From the NCBI GenBank assembly GCA_965208835.1, contig OZ242358.1, forward strand, positions 288,001 to 352,000: a DNA stretch of 64,000 nt. Reading direction: 5' to 3'. Below, one piece after another: positions 11,444 to 21,866 of the stretch. Both the position numbers and the translations under genes were made by a program. The notes beneath the pieces are model-generated. The model did no database searches. It was not told the DNA's origin and was given only the letters and a program-made list of their open reading frames with translations. The first letter of the stretch is position 1. Each line of letters begins with the position of its first letter. Origin of the DNA: Candidatus Latescibacterota bacterium (lineage in GTDB: Bacteria; Latescibacterota; UBA2968; GCA-2709665).

Positions 11444-11695
11444 TCAGCCGCCTTTTGTCGCCAGAAGGAAGCAGACCACCTGCCCGAAGAGGGCCACACC
11501 CTCTATGAAGGCTGCGGTAATGATCATGGAAGTCCGGATATCGCCGGCTGCTTCGGGCTGCCGTGCGGTGCCCTCCACGGCCATGCCTGCCAGACGTCCG
11601 ATACCAATTCCGGCGCCGATCGTTACCAGCCCCGCGCCAATGCCGGCGGACAAATAACCGTATGCTTCAGCCGCCACGGATGCCACGTCTGCCAC
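11444..11695 (-). CDS. atpE: Fo ATP synthase subunit c (H+-type signature)
   Basis: GAGIGIG, ARQPE loop, FIEGVALF; GTG start after GGAGGAGG RBS. Confidence 0.95.
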   Translation of the reverse strand: MADVASVAAEAYGYLSAGIGAGLVTIGAGIGIGRLAGMAVEGTARQPEAAGDIRTSMIITAAFIEGVALFGQVVCFLLATKGG

Positions 11696-11722
11696 AACAC
11701 ACCTCCTCCGCTAGGAAGTTAA

Positions 11723-11907
11723 GAAGCTGTCTTAAATTTCCAGCGGTCTTCGCGCGGCTGCAATAGCGCCGGTCGGCGTTGGTCAAATCCACCCGTCTTA
11801 CGAGATCGAGGCTGCGCTTGCTCGCCTCTCATAGACGGATTCTCCCGCCTTGACCGCCACTTTTTCGCTCGCGCTCGGGAACTCACCGGTAATTTTAAAA
11901 CAACTTC
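11723..11907. mobile_element. MITE family A, copy 1 (185 bp)
   Basis: TIR GAAGCTGTCTTAAA / TTTTAAAACAACTTC; near-identical copies at 27479, 28720 and 34941. Confidence 0.85.
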
Positions 11908-11947
11908 CAAGGGTTTACGATGAAGCGTTGACAACGATTTCCAACGA

Positions 11948-12748
11948 TCAGTGATCCTGATGCACCGCCATCCCGATGAAGACGGCGGACAACATGGTGA
12001 AGATATACGCCTGCACCAATGCCACGAAGATTTCGAGCAGGTAAATCGCCAGCGCGAACAGTACGGACACGGGCGCGACGGCATACGACTTGAACATGAA
12101 GATCAGCCCCAGCAACGCCAGGATGATCACGTGTCCGGCAGTCAAATTGGCAAAGAGACGAATGCAGAGGGCGAACGGCTTGGCAACCAGTCCGATGAGT
12201 TCGATCGGGATCATCAGAAGCGTGATCGGCAGGGGCAGCCCGTGGGGGACCAATCCCTTGAAATAGCCCAGAAAGCCGTTGTGAAGAATGCCGCCCATCT
12301 GAATGACGAGAAAGGCGCAGATCGCCAGCCCGGCGGTTACGCTCACATTACCGGTGGCGGTCGCGCCATAGGGTACGAGGCCCAGCAGATTGCAGGTCAG
12401 GATGAAGAAGAATACGGTAAAGAGAAAGGGTAGAAACCGTCCGGCTTCCTTTGCTCCGATGTTGGGAACGGCGACTTCATCCCTGATAAAAACGACGACC
12501 GATTCCAGGAGATTCGCAAATCCGGTGGGTACCAGGCCGCGACGCCGGGTCGTCCTGATGAAGACCCACAGGAGAAACCCCGCCGCAATCCACATCATGA
12601 CCACGTGCCGGGTGATGGACACGTCGACGCCGAACAGCTCGAAACGGGGTATTTCGACATGAAGAAAGGGCAGGTGGAGCTCTGAAGAATCGAGCAGATG
12701 CTCCATGATGTAGTCTTTTTTGCCTTCCGCGGCACTTTCCGAAGCCAT
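11948..12748 (-). CDS. atpB: Fo ATP synthase subunit a
   Basis: IRLFANLTAGH, LEIFVALVQAYIF. Confidence 0.96.
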   Translation of the reverse strand: MASESAAEGKKDYIMEHLLDSSELHLPFLHVEIPRFELFGVDVSITRHVVMMWIAAGFLLWVFIRTTRRRGLVPTGFANLLESVVVFIRDEVAVPNIGAKEAGRFLPFLFTVFFFILTCNLLGLVPYGATATGNVSVTAGLAICAFLVIQMGGILHNGFLGYFKGLVPHGLPLPITLLMIPIELIGLVAKPFALCIRLFANLTAGHVIILALLGLIFMFKSYAVAPVSVLFALAIYLLEIFVALVQAYIFTMLSAVFIGMAVHQDH

Positions 12749-12752
12749 TGAA

Positions 12753-13157
12753 TCAGACCCTCTCTCGAGTATCCCGCCGAACCGCGGCGCGCTTCACGAA
12801 GAATCGGATTTCCAGAATCTGAAAGAGCAGATAGGACAGAAACAGTGAGAAGACCAGACCGTAAACCGACAGCGCCGTGAATTTGATCAGCAGCACCAGC
12901 CCGACGCAGACGACCAGCATCCGAACGACCATTCCGCCCAACAGCGCTTTCAGAAAGACCGATTGCGGCCGGTCGAACGACCAGATGGCCGAGAGCCCCC
13001 CGGCCAGCGCGTTCAGTGCGCCGATCCCGCACCCGACGGCCGCCGCCCGGACCATGTCAACACCCCAGTTGACGTATAGCGGGTATCCGCCCAGAATTGC
13101 CGCCGCGATCAGGACAGCCCCGACCTGTCTTGCAAATCGGAGGAATTCGGTTCTCAC
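12753..13157 (-). CDS. atpI: ATP synthase protein I-like membrane protein
   Basis: 4 TM helices, immediately upstream of atpB. Confidence 0.7.
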   Translation of the reverse strand: MRTEFLRFARQVGAVLIAAAILGGYPLYVNWGVDMVRAAAVGCGIGALNALAGGLSAIWSFDRPQSVFLKALLGGMVVRMLVVCVGLVLLIKFTALSVYGLVFSLFLSYLLFQILEIRFFVKRAAVRRDTRERV

Positions 13158-13174
13158 GTCTCACCTCCGGACGG

Positions 13175-13426
13175 CTATTGGCGGTCCTGCTTTTCGCGTT
13201 CCTGGAGTCGCATTGCCGTTCTGTACAGGTTCAGGAACCCGACGGCGATTCCCAGAGCCAATCCCGCCAACATCAGGTACGGGGCCGTGCCGAGTTTGCC
13301 GTCCAGCCATTTTCCGGCAAAGAGACAGAGAATGAAAGACGCCGCAAACTCGACTCCAAGATTCAGATAAGGGCCTGCTTTACGATAGGCCGACGCCAGA
13401 CCCTGATGTTTTTTCTCCTCCGCCAT
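13175..13426 (-). CDS. AtpZ/AtpI family (ATPase gene 1) protein
   Basis: GKWLDGKLGTAP motif, 2 TM, first gene of the atp operon. Confidence 0.85.
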   Translation of the reverse strand: MAEEKKHQGLASAYRKAGPYLNLGVEFAASFILCLFAGKWLDGKLGTAPYLMLAGLALGIAVGFLNLYRTAMRLQEREKQDRQ

Positions 13427-13490
13427 CGATCAACGGACTGTTAGGCATCTGTGCTGAAATATCCTCGTACACAGCAAGTATCAAGGATGG

Positions 13491-14939
13491 TTATGTTCCA
13501 ATGAGGTTGTCTACCGTCTGCCTGGCCAGTTCCAGAAATCGTGACGGAGCCAGGCCGATATACAGGGTTGCAAGGGACGTCACCACGAGCGCGGTTCGTG
13601 CGAGCGCCGGAAACGTCCCCACCGGCTTTTCGTCGGCGGGCTGTCTCATATACATGCTGACGACGACCCCAAGATAGAAATAGACAGAAATCAGGCTGTT
13701 GAGCACGCCGATTATGGTGAGCGAGACCAGGCCGGCGTCAATCGCCGCACGGAATATGTAGAACTTCCCGAAGAATCCGGCAGTAGGCGGCAGACCCGCA
13801 AGCGAGAGCATAAACAGCGTCATCGTCAGCCCGAGGGCCGGATGTTTGAAACCCAGCCCCGCGTAATCCGTTATGTCGAGGTTCTCTTCGCCCTTCCGCG
13901 CAACCAGAATCACGACTGCGAAGGCGCCAATGTTCATAAAGGTATAGGCAAGCAGATAGAACAATGCGGCCGAAATCCCCTTGCCGCTGGCCGCGGTGAG
14001 CGCAACCAGCACGTAACCGGCATGGGCGACGCTGGAATAGGCCAGCATTCGCTTGATGCTGCGTTGCCCCAGCGCGCTCAGGTTTCCGACGGTCATGGTC
14101 AGCGCGGCCAGGATCCAGAGCACCGCCGTCCACTCTGTCTTCAACGATTCCAGAGATACCATCAGCACGCGCAGGAATGCAACGAAGGCCGCCGCCTTGG
14201 GCCCGGCCGAGAGAAAGGCGGTCACCGACGCGGGCGCGCCTTCGTAGACGTCGGGCGCCCACATATGGAACGGAACCGCCGCCACCTTGAACGCGAACCC
14301 CACGACCAGCAAGACCATTCCGGCATACAGCATCAGCCCGCCGCCGTCAACGCGCCGCACAATCATTGCGCCTACCTGTTGCAGGCTGGTGGAGCCGGTC
14401 GAACCGTAAATCAGGGCAATCCCGTAAAGCAGAAACCCGGTCGCGAAAGCGCCCAGCAAAAGGTATTTCAGAGAGGCTTCATTGGAGAGGGAGCGCGAAC
14501 TGAGGAATCCAACCAGGATATAGAGCGACAGAGACATCAGCTCCAGCCCCAGGAAGATAACGATCAGGTCCGTCCCCGCGGCCATGAGCATCATGCCCAG
14601 GGTGGCCGTCAGCAGCAGGAGATAGTACTCACTTCGGCTGCCCTGTTCCCGCCTGAGGTAACCCGTGGAGACAAAAATGGTCAGCGCCGTGCCAACCGTA
14701 AATATGATGTTGGAAAAGAGCGCAAAGTTGTCCAGCGCGAGCATCCCGCCGAAGGCCTGCTCGGACCGCCCCCAGAGTCCCGCGCAGGCGACCGCCGCCA
14801 GGCCCGTTCCGACAATGGCCGCGTATGCCGCTGCCTCCCCCCGATTTGCCGGTCGGACAATGTCGATGCACAGGATCAGCAGCGCACTACCCGCGACGAT
14901 CAGCGAGGGAACGAGTACAATCCAGTTCAGGTCAGGCAA
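13491..14939 (-). CDS. nuoN: NADH-quinone oxidoreductase subunit N
   Basis: EASLKYLLLGA, FKVAAVPFHMWAPDVYEGAP, KRMLAYSSVAHAGY. Confidence 0.93.
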   Translation of the reverse strand: MPDLNWIVLVPSLIVAGSALLILCIDIVRPANRGEAAAYAAIVGTGLAAVACAGLWGRSEQAFGGMLALDNFALFSNIIFTVGTALTIFVSTGYLRREQGSRSEYYLLLLTATLGMMLMAAGTDLIVIFLGLELMSLSLYILVGFLSSRSLSNEASLKYLLLGAFATGFLLYGIALIYGSTGSTSLQQVGAMIVRRVDGGGLMLYAGMVLLVVGFAFKVAAVPFHMWAPDVYEGAPASVTAFLSAGPKAAAFVAFLRVLMVSLESLKTEWTAVLWILAALTMTVGNLSALGQRSIKRMLAYSSVAHAGYVLVALTAASGKGISAALFYLLAYTFMNIGAFAVVILVARKGEENLDITDYAGLGFKHPALGLTMTLFMLSLAGLPPTAGFFGKFYIFRAAIDAGLVSLTIIGVLNSLISVYFYLGVVVSMYMRQPADEKPVGTFPALARTALVVTSLATLYIGLAPSRFLELARQTVDNLIGT

Positions 14940-15128
14940 CGCAGTGGTCCTCGGTGAAAATTATTAGCGACATTAATTAACGGGGATGCGATAAAAAAGT
15001 CAAGCCTAAAGTTCGAAATTGGCGCGCAGGCACGATATTGCGGGATGACACAGCTGTTTTGCGGAACGGAAAACGTATATAACTAACAGTGTTTATGTTA
15101 CTTATGTAACATTTAGGCTTCCCGGACG

Positions 15129-16817
15129 TCAGAAGCAGAAGATCATGAATGCGGCCAGAAAGACTGTCACGACCAACACGGCAGTACCCGTCGTCCAGGA
15201 TCGACCCAGAATGCCCTGGGGACCGTGGTATTGACGGCAGCCGGAAACGGCTGCCGCGACCAGCGCCTTTCCGCCCTCGAGGATCGACCTTCCGGCGGAA
15301 CCACCCGACCGCGCCATAACCCGGACGATGCCGGGAAGCAGCCGTCGATACACCCAGTCGGTATCCAGGTTTACGGACCGGTGTACCGCCGGATAAATTC
15401 CCGTACGCTTCAATACAAGGAAGGCCAGGGCGGAGAAAAACAACAATTGGAACTGCGTAACCAGGTGGTTCGCCGTGTAGGGTTCGTAATTCACTTCGTA
15501 GGGCAGAATCCCGTAGAGTAGCTTCGGAATGATGCCTATCAGGACACAAATTGCGGCTGCGGCGCCCATTGCGATGCGCATGTTCAGAGGCGCCTCCCTG
15601 CAGCGGATTCCCGAATCTGCGGAGAAGAAGGCAAGGTAGGGGATCCTGATGCCTGTATACAGCATTACGCCCGCCGAAGCGAATAACAACGCCAGCCAGG
15701 TCAGGAAGTAGTGTCCATCGGCCACCGCCCCAAGGATAAACGATTTGCTGACAAAGCCGTTGAAGAACGGGACGGCCGAAATCGACGCCGCGCCGACGAT
15801 GCAGAAAACCGCCGTCAGAGGCATGGACCGGTAAAGCCCGCCAAGTTCCGATGCCCTGGCCGTACCAGTACGAAAAAGCACTGCACCCATCGTCATAAAC
15901 AGCAAGGCTTTGTAGATGACGTGGGTGGCGGCGTGGGCGGCCGTTCCGTTCAGGGCCATCTGCGTCCCGATCCCGACTCCGACGACCATGAATCCCAGCT
16001 GGATGTTCAGGCTATAGGCCAGCACCCGCCTGAGGTCGTTTTCGATGACCGCGTAAAACATGGGAAACACGGTCATCGCGGCGCCAATCGGGATCAGGAT
16101 TTCCGTACCGGGAAAGCCCCGGGCAAGCGCGTAGACCGCCAGCTTGGTTGTGAAAGCGCTCAGGAACACGGTCCCGGTAACCGTCGCCTCCGGATAGGCG
16201 TCAGACAGCCAGTTGTGGAGCAGGGGAAACGCGCATTTGATCCCAAAGGCAATGAAGACGAGCGTCGTGCCCAGACCGTTCAGTCCCAACGCTTCAAATG
16301 CGATAGACCCCGTCTCACGCAAATGGATCAGAATGCCCGCCAGCAGAATCATGCCCGAGCAGACCTGCACGATCAGATAGCGCATTCCGGCGGCATAGGC
16401 GCGGTTGGTTCGGCGGCTCCAGATCAGGAATACGGAAGAAATCGCCGACAGTTCCCAGAAGACGAACAGGGTAATCAGATCGCCCGCGAAGAGGGCGCCG
16501 ACGGCGCTGCCCGCATAGAACAGGCCCGCGACGTGCTGCGCATTGTCCTTCACGTGCAGCGCATAGATGACGCCAAGCAGGGCGGCGATATGGAAGATGT
16601 AGCCGAAGACAAGGCTGAGGCTGTCGATGCGCACCAGCGTAAGGGAATAGTCGAAGATTCCGATCCTGCAGTATTCCCCCGGGTTGAGCCCGAGCAGATG
16701 GGCAAGCCCGGCAACCGGAAGCAGCAGCATATAGGCCGATTGCAGGCGCCCGCGCAGTAACGGTATCAGCAGCGACCCGATAATCAGGATCAACGCCGGC
16801 GGCAACTGGTCAATCAT
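15129..16817 (-). CDS. Mrp/Mnh Na+/H+ antiporter subunit D/A-like
   Basis: FWELSAISS, PLLHNWLSDAYPEA, RRVLAYS antiporter-like motifs. Confidence 0.85.
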   Translation of the reverse strand: MIDQLPPALILIIGSLLIPLLRGRLQSAYMLLLPVAGLAHLLGLNPGEYCRIGIFDYSLTLVRIDSLSLVFGYIFHIAALLGVIYALHVKDNAQHVAGLFYAGSAVGALFAGDLITLFVFWELSAISSVFLIWSRRTNRAYAAGMRYLIVQVCSGMILLAGILIHLRETGSIAFEALGLNGLGTTLVFIAFGIKCAFPLLHNWLSDAYPEATVTGTVFLSAFTTKLAVYALARGFPGTEILIPIGAAMTVFPMFYAVIENDLRRVLAYSLNIQLGFMVVGVGIGTQMALNGTAAHAATHVIYKALLFMTMGAVLFRTGTARASELGGLYRSMPLTAVFCIVGAASISAVPFFNGFVSKSFILGAVADGHYFLTWLALLFASAGVMLYTGIRIPYLAFFSADSGIRCREAPLNMRIAMGAAAAICVLIGIIPKLLYGILPYEVNYEPYTANHLVTQFQLLFFSALAFLVLKRTGIYPAVHRSVNLDTDWVYRRLLPGIVRVMARSGGSAGRSILEGGKALVAAAVSGCRQYHGPQGILGRSWTTGTAVLVVTVFLAAFMIFCF

Positions 16818-17055
16818 AATAGTCTTCCTTGCGTCGGAGAATCACGCGCAACCCTCTGGCTGCCAGCACGAACACCACACAGGCGGCAAACCCGTACCAC
16901 GCATGAAACCCGATCCACTCCTCAACCTCAAAATGGCCATATTTTTCCAGGAAGAGATCTACCGCCAGCAGCAGGACGCAGACCGCGTAGAACGCCAGGT
17001 GGATTTTCTTTGAGTTGCCCGGTTTGTCCGGCCGGCTTTTCTTTTTTTCGTCCAT
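16810..17055 (-). CDS. Small 2-TM protein of the Mrp cluster
   Basis: 81 aa, two hydrophobic segments, LRRKEDYYD tail overlapping the next gene. Confidence 0.7.
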   Translation of the reverse strand: MDEKKKSRPDKPGNSKKIHLAFYAVCVLLLAVDLFLEKYGHFEVEEWIGFHAWYGFAACVVFVLAARGLRVILRRKEDYYD

Positions 17056-17081
17056 GGTCTCTTCCGTCAGGGATGGGCTAT

Positions 17082-17241
17082 CAGCCCGTTGAAAAAGCCC
17101 GTCCTGGCTGCGGCCGGCCCTTGCGGTCGAAATACCGCGTTGCGCTCCCTCGCCGAATCGCAGGATGGGACTCGGTTGCGCGCCTTGTCTTCGGCCACAA
17201 TGGTTCGGCCTCGCCTGCAGAGCGACTTTATCAACGGACTG
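17082..17241. mobile_element. MITE family B, long copy (160 bp)
   Basis: TIR CAGCCCGTTGAAAAAG / CTTTATCAACGGACTG. Confidence 0.75.
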
Positions 17242-18697
17242 CTATGGGCGCCAGAAGCCGGTAGATATCATCGGCGCAGAAGAAGAGCGCCAGACATCCC
17301 AGCGCCGTCAGGCACAGGGGGACCACGCAGAACGCCGGGGCTTCCCGGATAGGAGATGGACCGGCGGGCACGGTGGCGGGTGTCGCGAAAAACGCGCGTG
17401 CGACGACCGGCATCAGGTACGCGACGTTCAGGAGCGAGCTGACGATCAACACGCCCACGAGGATTGTCCGGTCCGCATCCGCCGCGCCCAGCGCGAGGTA
17501 CCACTTGCTCCACGAACCGCCGAGCGGGGGCAGGCCGATCACGCTCAGCGATCCCACAAAAAAAGCGAACATGGTAATCGGCATTGTCTTTCCTATGCCC
17601 GCCATATCGCTGATTTCCGTCTTGTGTGCGGCCACCATGATAGCGCCGGCGCAGAAGAACAGCGTGATCTTTCCAAAGGCATGCATCGCAATATGCATGG
17701 AGCCGCCGATAATTCCCCAGCTATTGGCAATAGCCGCGCCGAGTACAACGTAGGACAACTGGCTGACCGTGGAATAGGCGAGACGCGCCTTGAGATTGTC
17801 TTTGGTCAATGCAACCAGGGATGCGATCAGCAGCGTTGCCGCGGCGACGTAGGCAAGCCACAGGCTCGTGCCGGTGTTGGCGAGCAGATCGATGCCGAAG
17901 ATGTAGACCACAATCTTCATCACCGTAAACACGCCGGCTTTGACGACGGCCACGGCGTGCAGCAGCGCGCTCACGGGCGTCGGCGCAACCATTGCCGCGG
18001 GCAGCCAGCGGTGAAAGGGCATCAGCGCCGCCTTGCCGGTCCCGAATGCATATAGCGCCAGCAGTATGCCCACCACGGCCGGGCTCGCTTTACCCGCCAG
18101 GATCCCGCCGGGTTCGAATTCCAGGGTGCCCGTCAGATTCCACGTCCACACCACTGCCAGCAGCATCAGCCCGACCGAGGTGCCGAGCAGTATGCCCATA
18201 TAGATCCTGCCCGACCGGAGCGCTTCCTCCGTCCGATGGTGGGTGACCAGCGGATAGGTCGACAGGGTCAATAGTTCGTAGAAGATGAACAGCGTGAACA
18301 TATTCCGGGCGAATGCAACGCCAAGGGCGCCCGTAATGGCCACCGCAAAGAAGACGTAAAAGCAGGTCTGGCCGGGTTCGTCATGACCGCGCATGTACCC
18401 GATGGAATACAGAGACGTCAGGATCCAGAGCCCCGAGGCGATCAGCCCGAAGAGCATGCCCAGCGGTTCGACTTCAAAGGCAAACGCAAGGCCCGGCATC
18501 ACCTCGAGAATCTCAATACCCGGTCTCGAACCCGACAGAACCTCCGGAACCAAAGAGAGCACGACGAAAAACAGCGCGCCTCCGGTCGCCAGCGTGGCAG
18601 CCTCACGGAGATTGGGCCGTTGTCCGAGAAGACCGATGAGCGGCGCGCCCAGCAGAGGCAGCACAACGGCGAGCAGCGTGGCATTCGAAGCGGTCAT
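17231..18697 (-). CDS. mrpD: Mrp/Mnh antiporter subunit D family
   Basis: PFHRWLPAAMVAPTPVSALLHAVAVVK; start at ATGA overlap with the previous stop. Confidence 0.88.
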   Translation of the reverse strand: MTASNATLLAVVLPLLGAPLIGLLGQRPNLREAATLATGGALFFVVLSLVPEVLSGSRPGIEILEVMPGLAFAFEVEPLGMLFGLIASGLWILTSLYSIGYMRGHDEPGQTCFYVFFAVAITGALGVAFARNMFTLFIFYELLTLSTYPLVTHHRTEEALRSGRIYMGILLGTSVGLMLLAVVWTWNLTGTLEFEPGGILAGKASPAVVGILLALYAFGTGKAALMPFHRWLPAAMVAPTPVSALLHAVAVVKAGVFTVMKIVVYIFGIDLLANTGTSLWLAYVAAATLLIASLVALTKDNLKARLAYSTVSQLSYVVLGAAIANSWGIIGGSMHIAMHAFGKITLFFCAGAIMVAAHKTEISDMAGIGKTMPITMFAFFVGSLSVIGLPPLGGSWSKWYLALGAADADRTILVGVLIVSSLLNVAYLMPVVARAFFATPATVPAGPSPIREAPAFCVVPLCLTALGCLALFFCADDIYRLLAPIAVR

Positions 18698-20211
18698 GGA
18701 GCGATTCCCATCAGCCATCCGGCGGCCTGCCTGGCAACGCCCACGGTGAGGGTCGTCGACATCCCGAAATAGAGGGTGGCCGCAATCAGGATCCACATCG
18801 GGATTTGCATCAGCAGCGGCGCCTCGTCCACGCCGGCCGGAACGGGGGGCTTGCGGAAATAGGCGACTTCAACCACGCGCCATACGTAGACGACCGCCAG
18901 AAGGGAACCCAGCAGGACCAGAACGGCTACCGGCCACCAGCCCTTTTCCAGGGCAGCCAGAACCAGGTACCACTTGCTGATGAAGCCCACCGTTAGAGGG
19001 ACGCCGATCAGGCTGAGCCCACCGAGGACAAAGGCGGCCATGGTCAACGGCATGCGCCGTCCGAGCCCGTGCATATCGTCGAGATTTACGGAGCCCACGC
19101 GGAGGGCAACACAACCCATGCCCAGAAACAGCGCGCCCTTCATCACGGCGTGATTGAAGAGATGGACGATTCCCGCCGTCAGGCCGTTCAACGACCCCGG
19201 CCCGAACCTGACGTCCGGTCCGGCGCCGCTGACCGACACAATACCGACTCCCAGCATCATGTATCCGATCTGAGCGACGCTGGACCAGGCGAGCATGCGC
19301 TTGATGTTGGTCTGGAAGATGGCGACCGTGGAGGCCGCGAATACGGCAAGGAGCGAGAGTGGCAACAGAATGGCGTGCAATCCGACCGTATCGAATGCGA
19401 ATCGGGGTCCGAATATGGTGAAGACGAAACGCAGGAGCACGTAGACGGAGACCTTGGTCGCCGTTGCCGCAAGAAAGGCAGTCACCATGGATGGCGCGTA
19501 ACAATAGGCGTTGGGCAGCCACATGTGCAATGGAAACAGGGCCAGTTTCAGACAGAGGCCGACGCCGAGAAACGCGAACGCCGCCAGCACTGTCCTGGTG
19601 TCCAGAACCGGACCGAGGCGCACCGCGAGGTCCGCCATGTTCAGGGTTCCCGTGGCCATATAAAGGAGGCCCACGCCGATCAGAATGAACGTCGCCCCGA
19701 CGGTTCCCAATACCAGGTATTGGTAGGCGGCCGTCAGGGCGCGGCGGTCGCCGCCAAGGCTGATCAGTGCATAGGTGGAAAGGGAGGAAATCTCGAGAAA
19801 GACGAACAGGTTGAACGCGTCTCCTGTGATGGCGATGCCGAGGAGGCCCGTCAGGCACAGGAGATATGCCGCGTAAAACAGGTAGTGGCGGTCGTGCGGG
19901 ATTTCACGGGCCGCGCTGTGAGGCGCGTAGACCAGTACAACGGCGCCTATGGACGCCACCAGGAGCAATATGAACGCGTTGACCGCATCGATCCGATACT
20001 CGATCCCCCAGGGTGCGCTCCAGCTCCCCATCGCGTATGAGATTGTACCGGCATCCAGGACCCTTATGAGCAGCAGCGCGGCGATCCCCAGCGCCGCCCA
20101 TGCGACAGCCGTGGTGAAGGCCCAGACCAGCATCCTTCGCCTCAACAACAGGCAGACCGGTGCGGCAATGAGGGGAAGGACGATCTGCAGAGCGGGCAAA
20201 TGGTCGGACAT
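18694..20211 (-). CDS. mrpD: Mrp/Mnh antiporter subunit D
   Basis: GDAFNLFVFLEISSL, LFPLHMWLPNAY. Confidence 0.9.
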   Translation of the reverse strand: MSDHLPALQIVLPLIAAPVCLLLRRRMLVWAFTTAVAWAALGIAALLLIRVLDAGTISYAMGSWSAPWGIEYRIDAVNAFILLLVASIGAVVLVYAPHSAAREIPHDRHYLFYAAYLLCLTGLLGIAITGDAFNLFVFLEISSLSTYALISLGGDRRALTAAYQYLVLGTVGATFILIGVGLLYMATGTLNMADLAVRLGPVLDTRTVLAAFAFLGVGLCLKLALFPLHMWLPNAYCYAPSMVTAFLAATATKVSVYVLLRFVFTIFGPRFAFDTVGLHAILLPLSLLAVFAASTVAIFQTNIKRMLAWSSVAQIGYMMLGVGIVSVSGAGPDVRFGPGSLNGLTAGIVHLFNHAVMKGALFLGMGCVALRVGSVNLDDMHGLGRRMPLTMAAFVLGGLSLIGVPLTVGFISKWYLVLAALEKGWWPVAVLVLLGSLLAVVYVWRVVEVAYFRKPPVPAGVDEAPLLMQIPMWILIAATLYFGMSTTLTVGVARQAAGWLMGIAP

Positions 20212-20570
20212 CAGGGCGCCTCCTCACCCTGACCGTAGATATCCTGCTCTTCTATTGTGCCGTAGGCTTCCTGTATCCGCACCACCAGTGCCAACCCCAA
20301 CGATGTCGTGGCGATACCGACCACGATCGCCGTGAGAATGAGTACGTGCGGCAGCGGATTCGAGTAGCTCTGCACCCCCTCCGCGATAATCGGCGCGCTA
20401 CCGCCGGAGACCTTGCCCAGGCTGATGTAGAACAGGAAGACGGACGTCTGAAAGATATTCAGGCCGATCAGTTTCTTGACCAGGTTGCCGCTGGCGATCA
20501 CCGCGTAGAAACCGATCATCATCAGGACGATGACGATCCAGTAGTTGAATAGACCCGGGAGCGCGGTCAT
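20211..20570 (-). CDS. mrpC: Mrp/Mnh antiporter subunit C
   Basis: NPLPHVLILTAIVVG. Confidence 0.92.
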   Translation of the reverse strand: MTALPGLFNYWIVIVLMMIGFYAVIASGNLVKKLIGLNIFQTSVFLFYISLGKVSGGSAPIIAEGVQSYSNPLPHVLILTAIVVGIATTSLGLALVVRIQEAYGTIEEQDIYGQGEEAP

Positions 20571-20986
20571 GATCGTGCCCTGCCGGCAAACGCGAAGAAG
20601 ACTCCGATAATCACCGAAGCCACGGTGATTCCCACGCCCAGTTCGATCAAGAGAATTCCCAGATGCTGACCGCCCACCGGATCAGCACCAAGCACGCCGT
20701 AGTCCAGGTAGCGGCCGCCCTTCAATATTCCCGCGACCCCGGTAACGGCATACAGGAGCAGGCCCAGGGCAATGACAATTTCCACGATGCCGGGCCCGAC
20801 CACCCGCTTTGCCTCGTCCAGGCCGAAAATCAGTGTGTACAGCACGAACCCCGCCGCAAAGATCACACCCGCCTGGAACCCGCCCCCGGGCCCGAAATCG
20901 CCGTGAAACTGGACATAAAGCGCAAACAGAAGGATCAGCGGGATGAACAGCTTGGCGATGACCCTGGGTATGATCTGGTGTTTCAC
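20567..20986 (-). CDS. mrpB: Mrp/Mnh antiporter subunit B
   Basis: HGDFGPGGGFQAG; GTG start overlapping the upstream stop. Confidence 0.9.
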   Translation of the reverse strand: MKHQIIPRVIAKLFIPLILLFALYVQFHGDFGPGGGFQAGVIFAAGFVLYTLIFGLDEAKRVVGPGIVEIVIALGLLLYAVTGVAGILKGGRYLDYGVLGADPVGGQHLGILLIELGVGITVASVIIGVFFAFAGRARS

Positions 20987-21552
20987 CGCTCTTCCTCCCG
21001 GTCGCGGCCTGGCCGTGACCCCTTCAGCAGCAGCAACACCCCGACGCCCGCGCAAAAGATCACCGTGGTCTCACCGAGCGTATCGTATCCCCGGTAGCTG
21101 GCAAGGACTGAAGTCACAATATTCTCAACGTCGACGCGCTTTGCTGAACCATCGACGTGGGGTACGGAATCCTTGAGAAATTCCGGCGCAATATGGGTAT
21201 GGACCGGCGCTTCGGCGTCGCCGAACCTCGGCATGTCCAGCGTCCCGTAGATCAGGACCGCCCCCGTCGCCAGGACCACGAGAAGAGGAAGCGGAGACGG
21301 TCGGGAAGGCCTCTTCTCCACCCGGGTTGTCAGCAGGAGGGTCCCGAGAAGCAGTACGGTCGAGATGCCCGCTCCCACGGCAGCCTCTGTAAACGCCACG
21401 TCGACGGCGTCCATCACGGTAAACAACCCCGCGGAAAGCAGGCTGAAGATCCCGGCCAGGATCACGGAGGCGAGCAGATTGCGGATGAGGACGACGGCGA
21501 CGGCGGTGGCGACCAGGAACGCCAGCAGAACAGCGTCGATGAGTTCGATCAT
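20983..21552 (-). CDS. DUF4040 / MrpA C-terminal-like subunit
   Basis: AVDVAFTEAAVGAG and NIVTSVLASYRGYDTLGE motifs. Confidence 0.88.
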   Translation of the reverse strand: MIELIDAVLLAFLVATAVAVVLIRNLLASVILAGIFSLLSAGLFTVMDAVDVAFTEAAVGAGISTVLLLGTLLLTTRVEKRPSRPSPLPLLVVLATGAVLIYGTLDMPRFGDAEAPVHTHIAPEFLKDSVPHVDGSAKRVDVENIVTSVLASYRGYDTLGETTVIFCAGVGVLLLLKGSRPGRDREEER

Positions 21553-21866
21553 GGTTGGCGGCTATCCTCGTGGCGGAGAGGCTTCAATCCGGAGGTAAAA
21601 GCGGCCTTTGCAACCGCGTGGGTCGATGCCGGGCCGGTCAAAAAGATCAGCAGGAGGATCAGAAACAGCTTGACGGTGACCATGCTGAGGCCGCCCTGCA
21701 GCATCAGCCCGACAAGCAAAAGCCCGGCGCCGAACGTATCCGTAATTCCGGCGCCGTGCATGCGGCTGTAAAAATCGGGAAGTCTGATCAGCCCGATACC
21801 GCCCACGATGCAGAAGAACGACCCCAGGAGCAGACATGCCCAGCTGGCGACATCGTTGACCATCAT
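21549..21866 (-). CDS. mrpG: Mrp/Mnh antiporter subunit G
   Basis: RLPDFYSRMHGAG. Confidence 0.92.
   Translation of the reverse strand: MMVNDVASWACLLLGSFFCIVGGIGLIRLPDFYSRMHGAGITDTFGAGLLLVGLMLQGGLSMVTVKLFLILLLIFLTGPASTHAVAKAAFTSGLKPLRHEDSRQP

Noticed and set aside
11444-11695. Na+-translocating or N-type ATPase, suggested by the adjacent Mrp cluster
   Set aside because: Subunit c has EGVALF without the Q...ES/T Na+ signature, and gene order is the standard F-type with delta present
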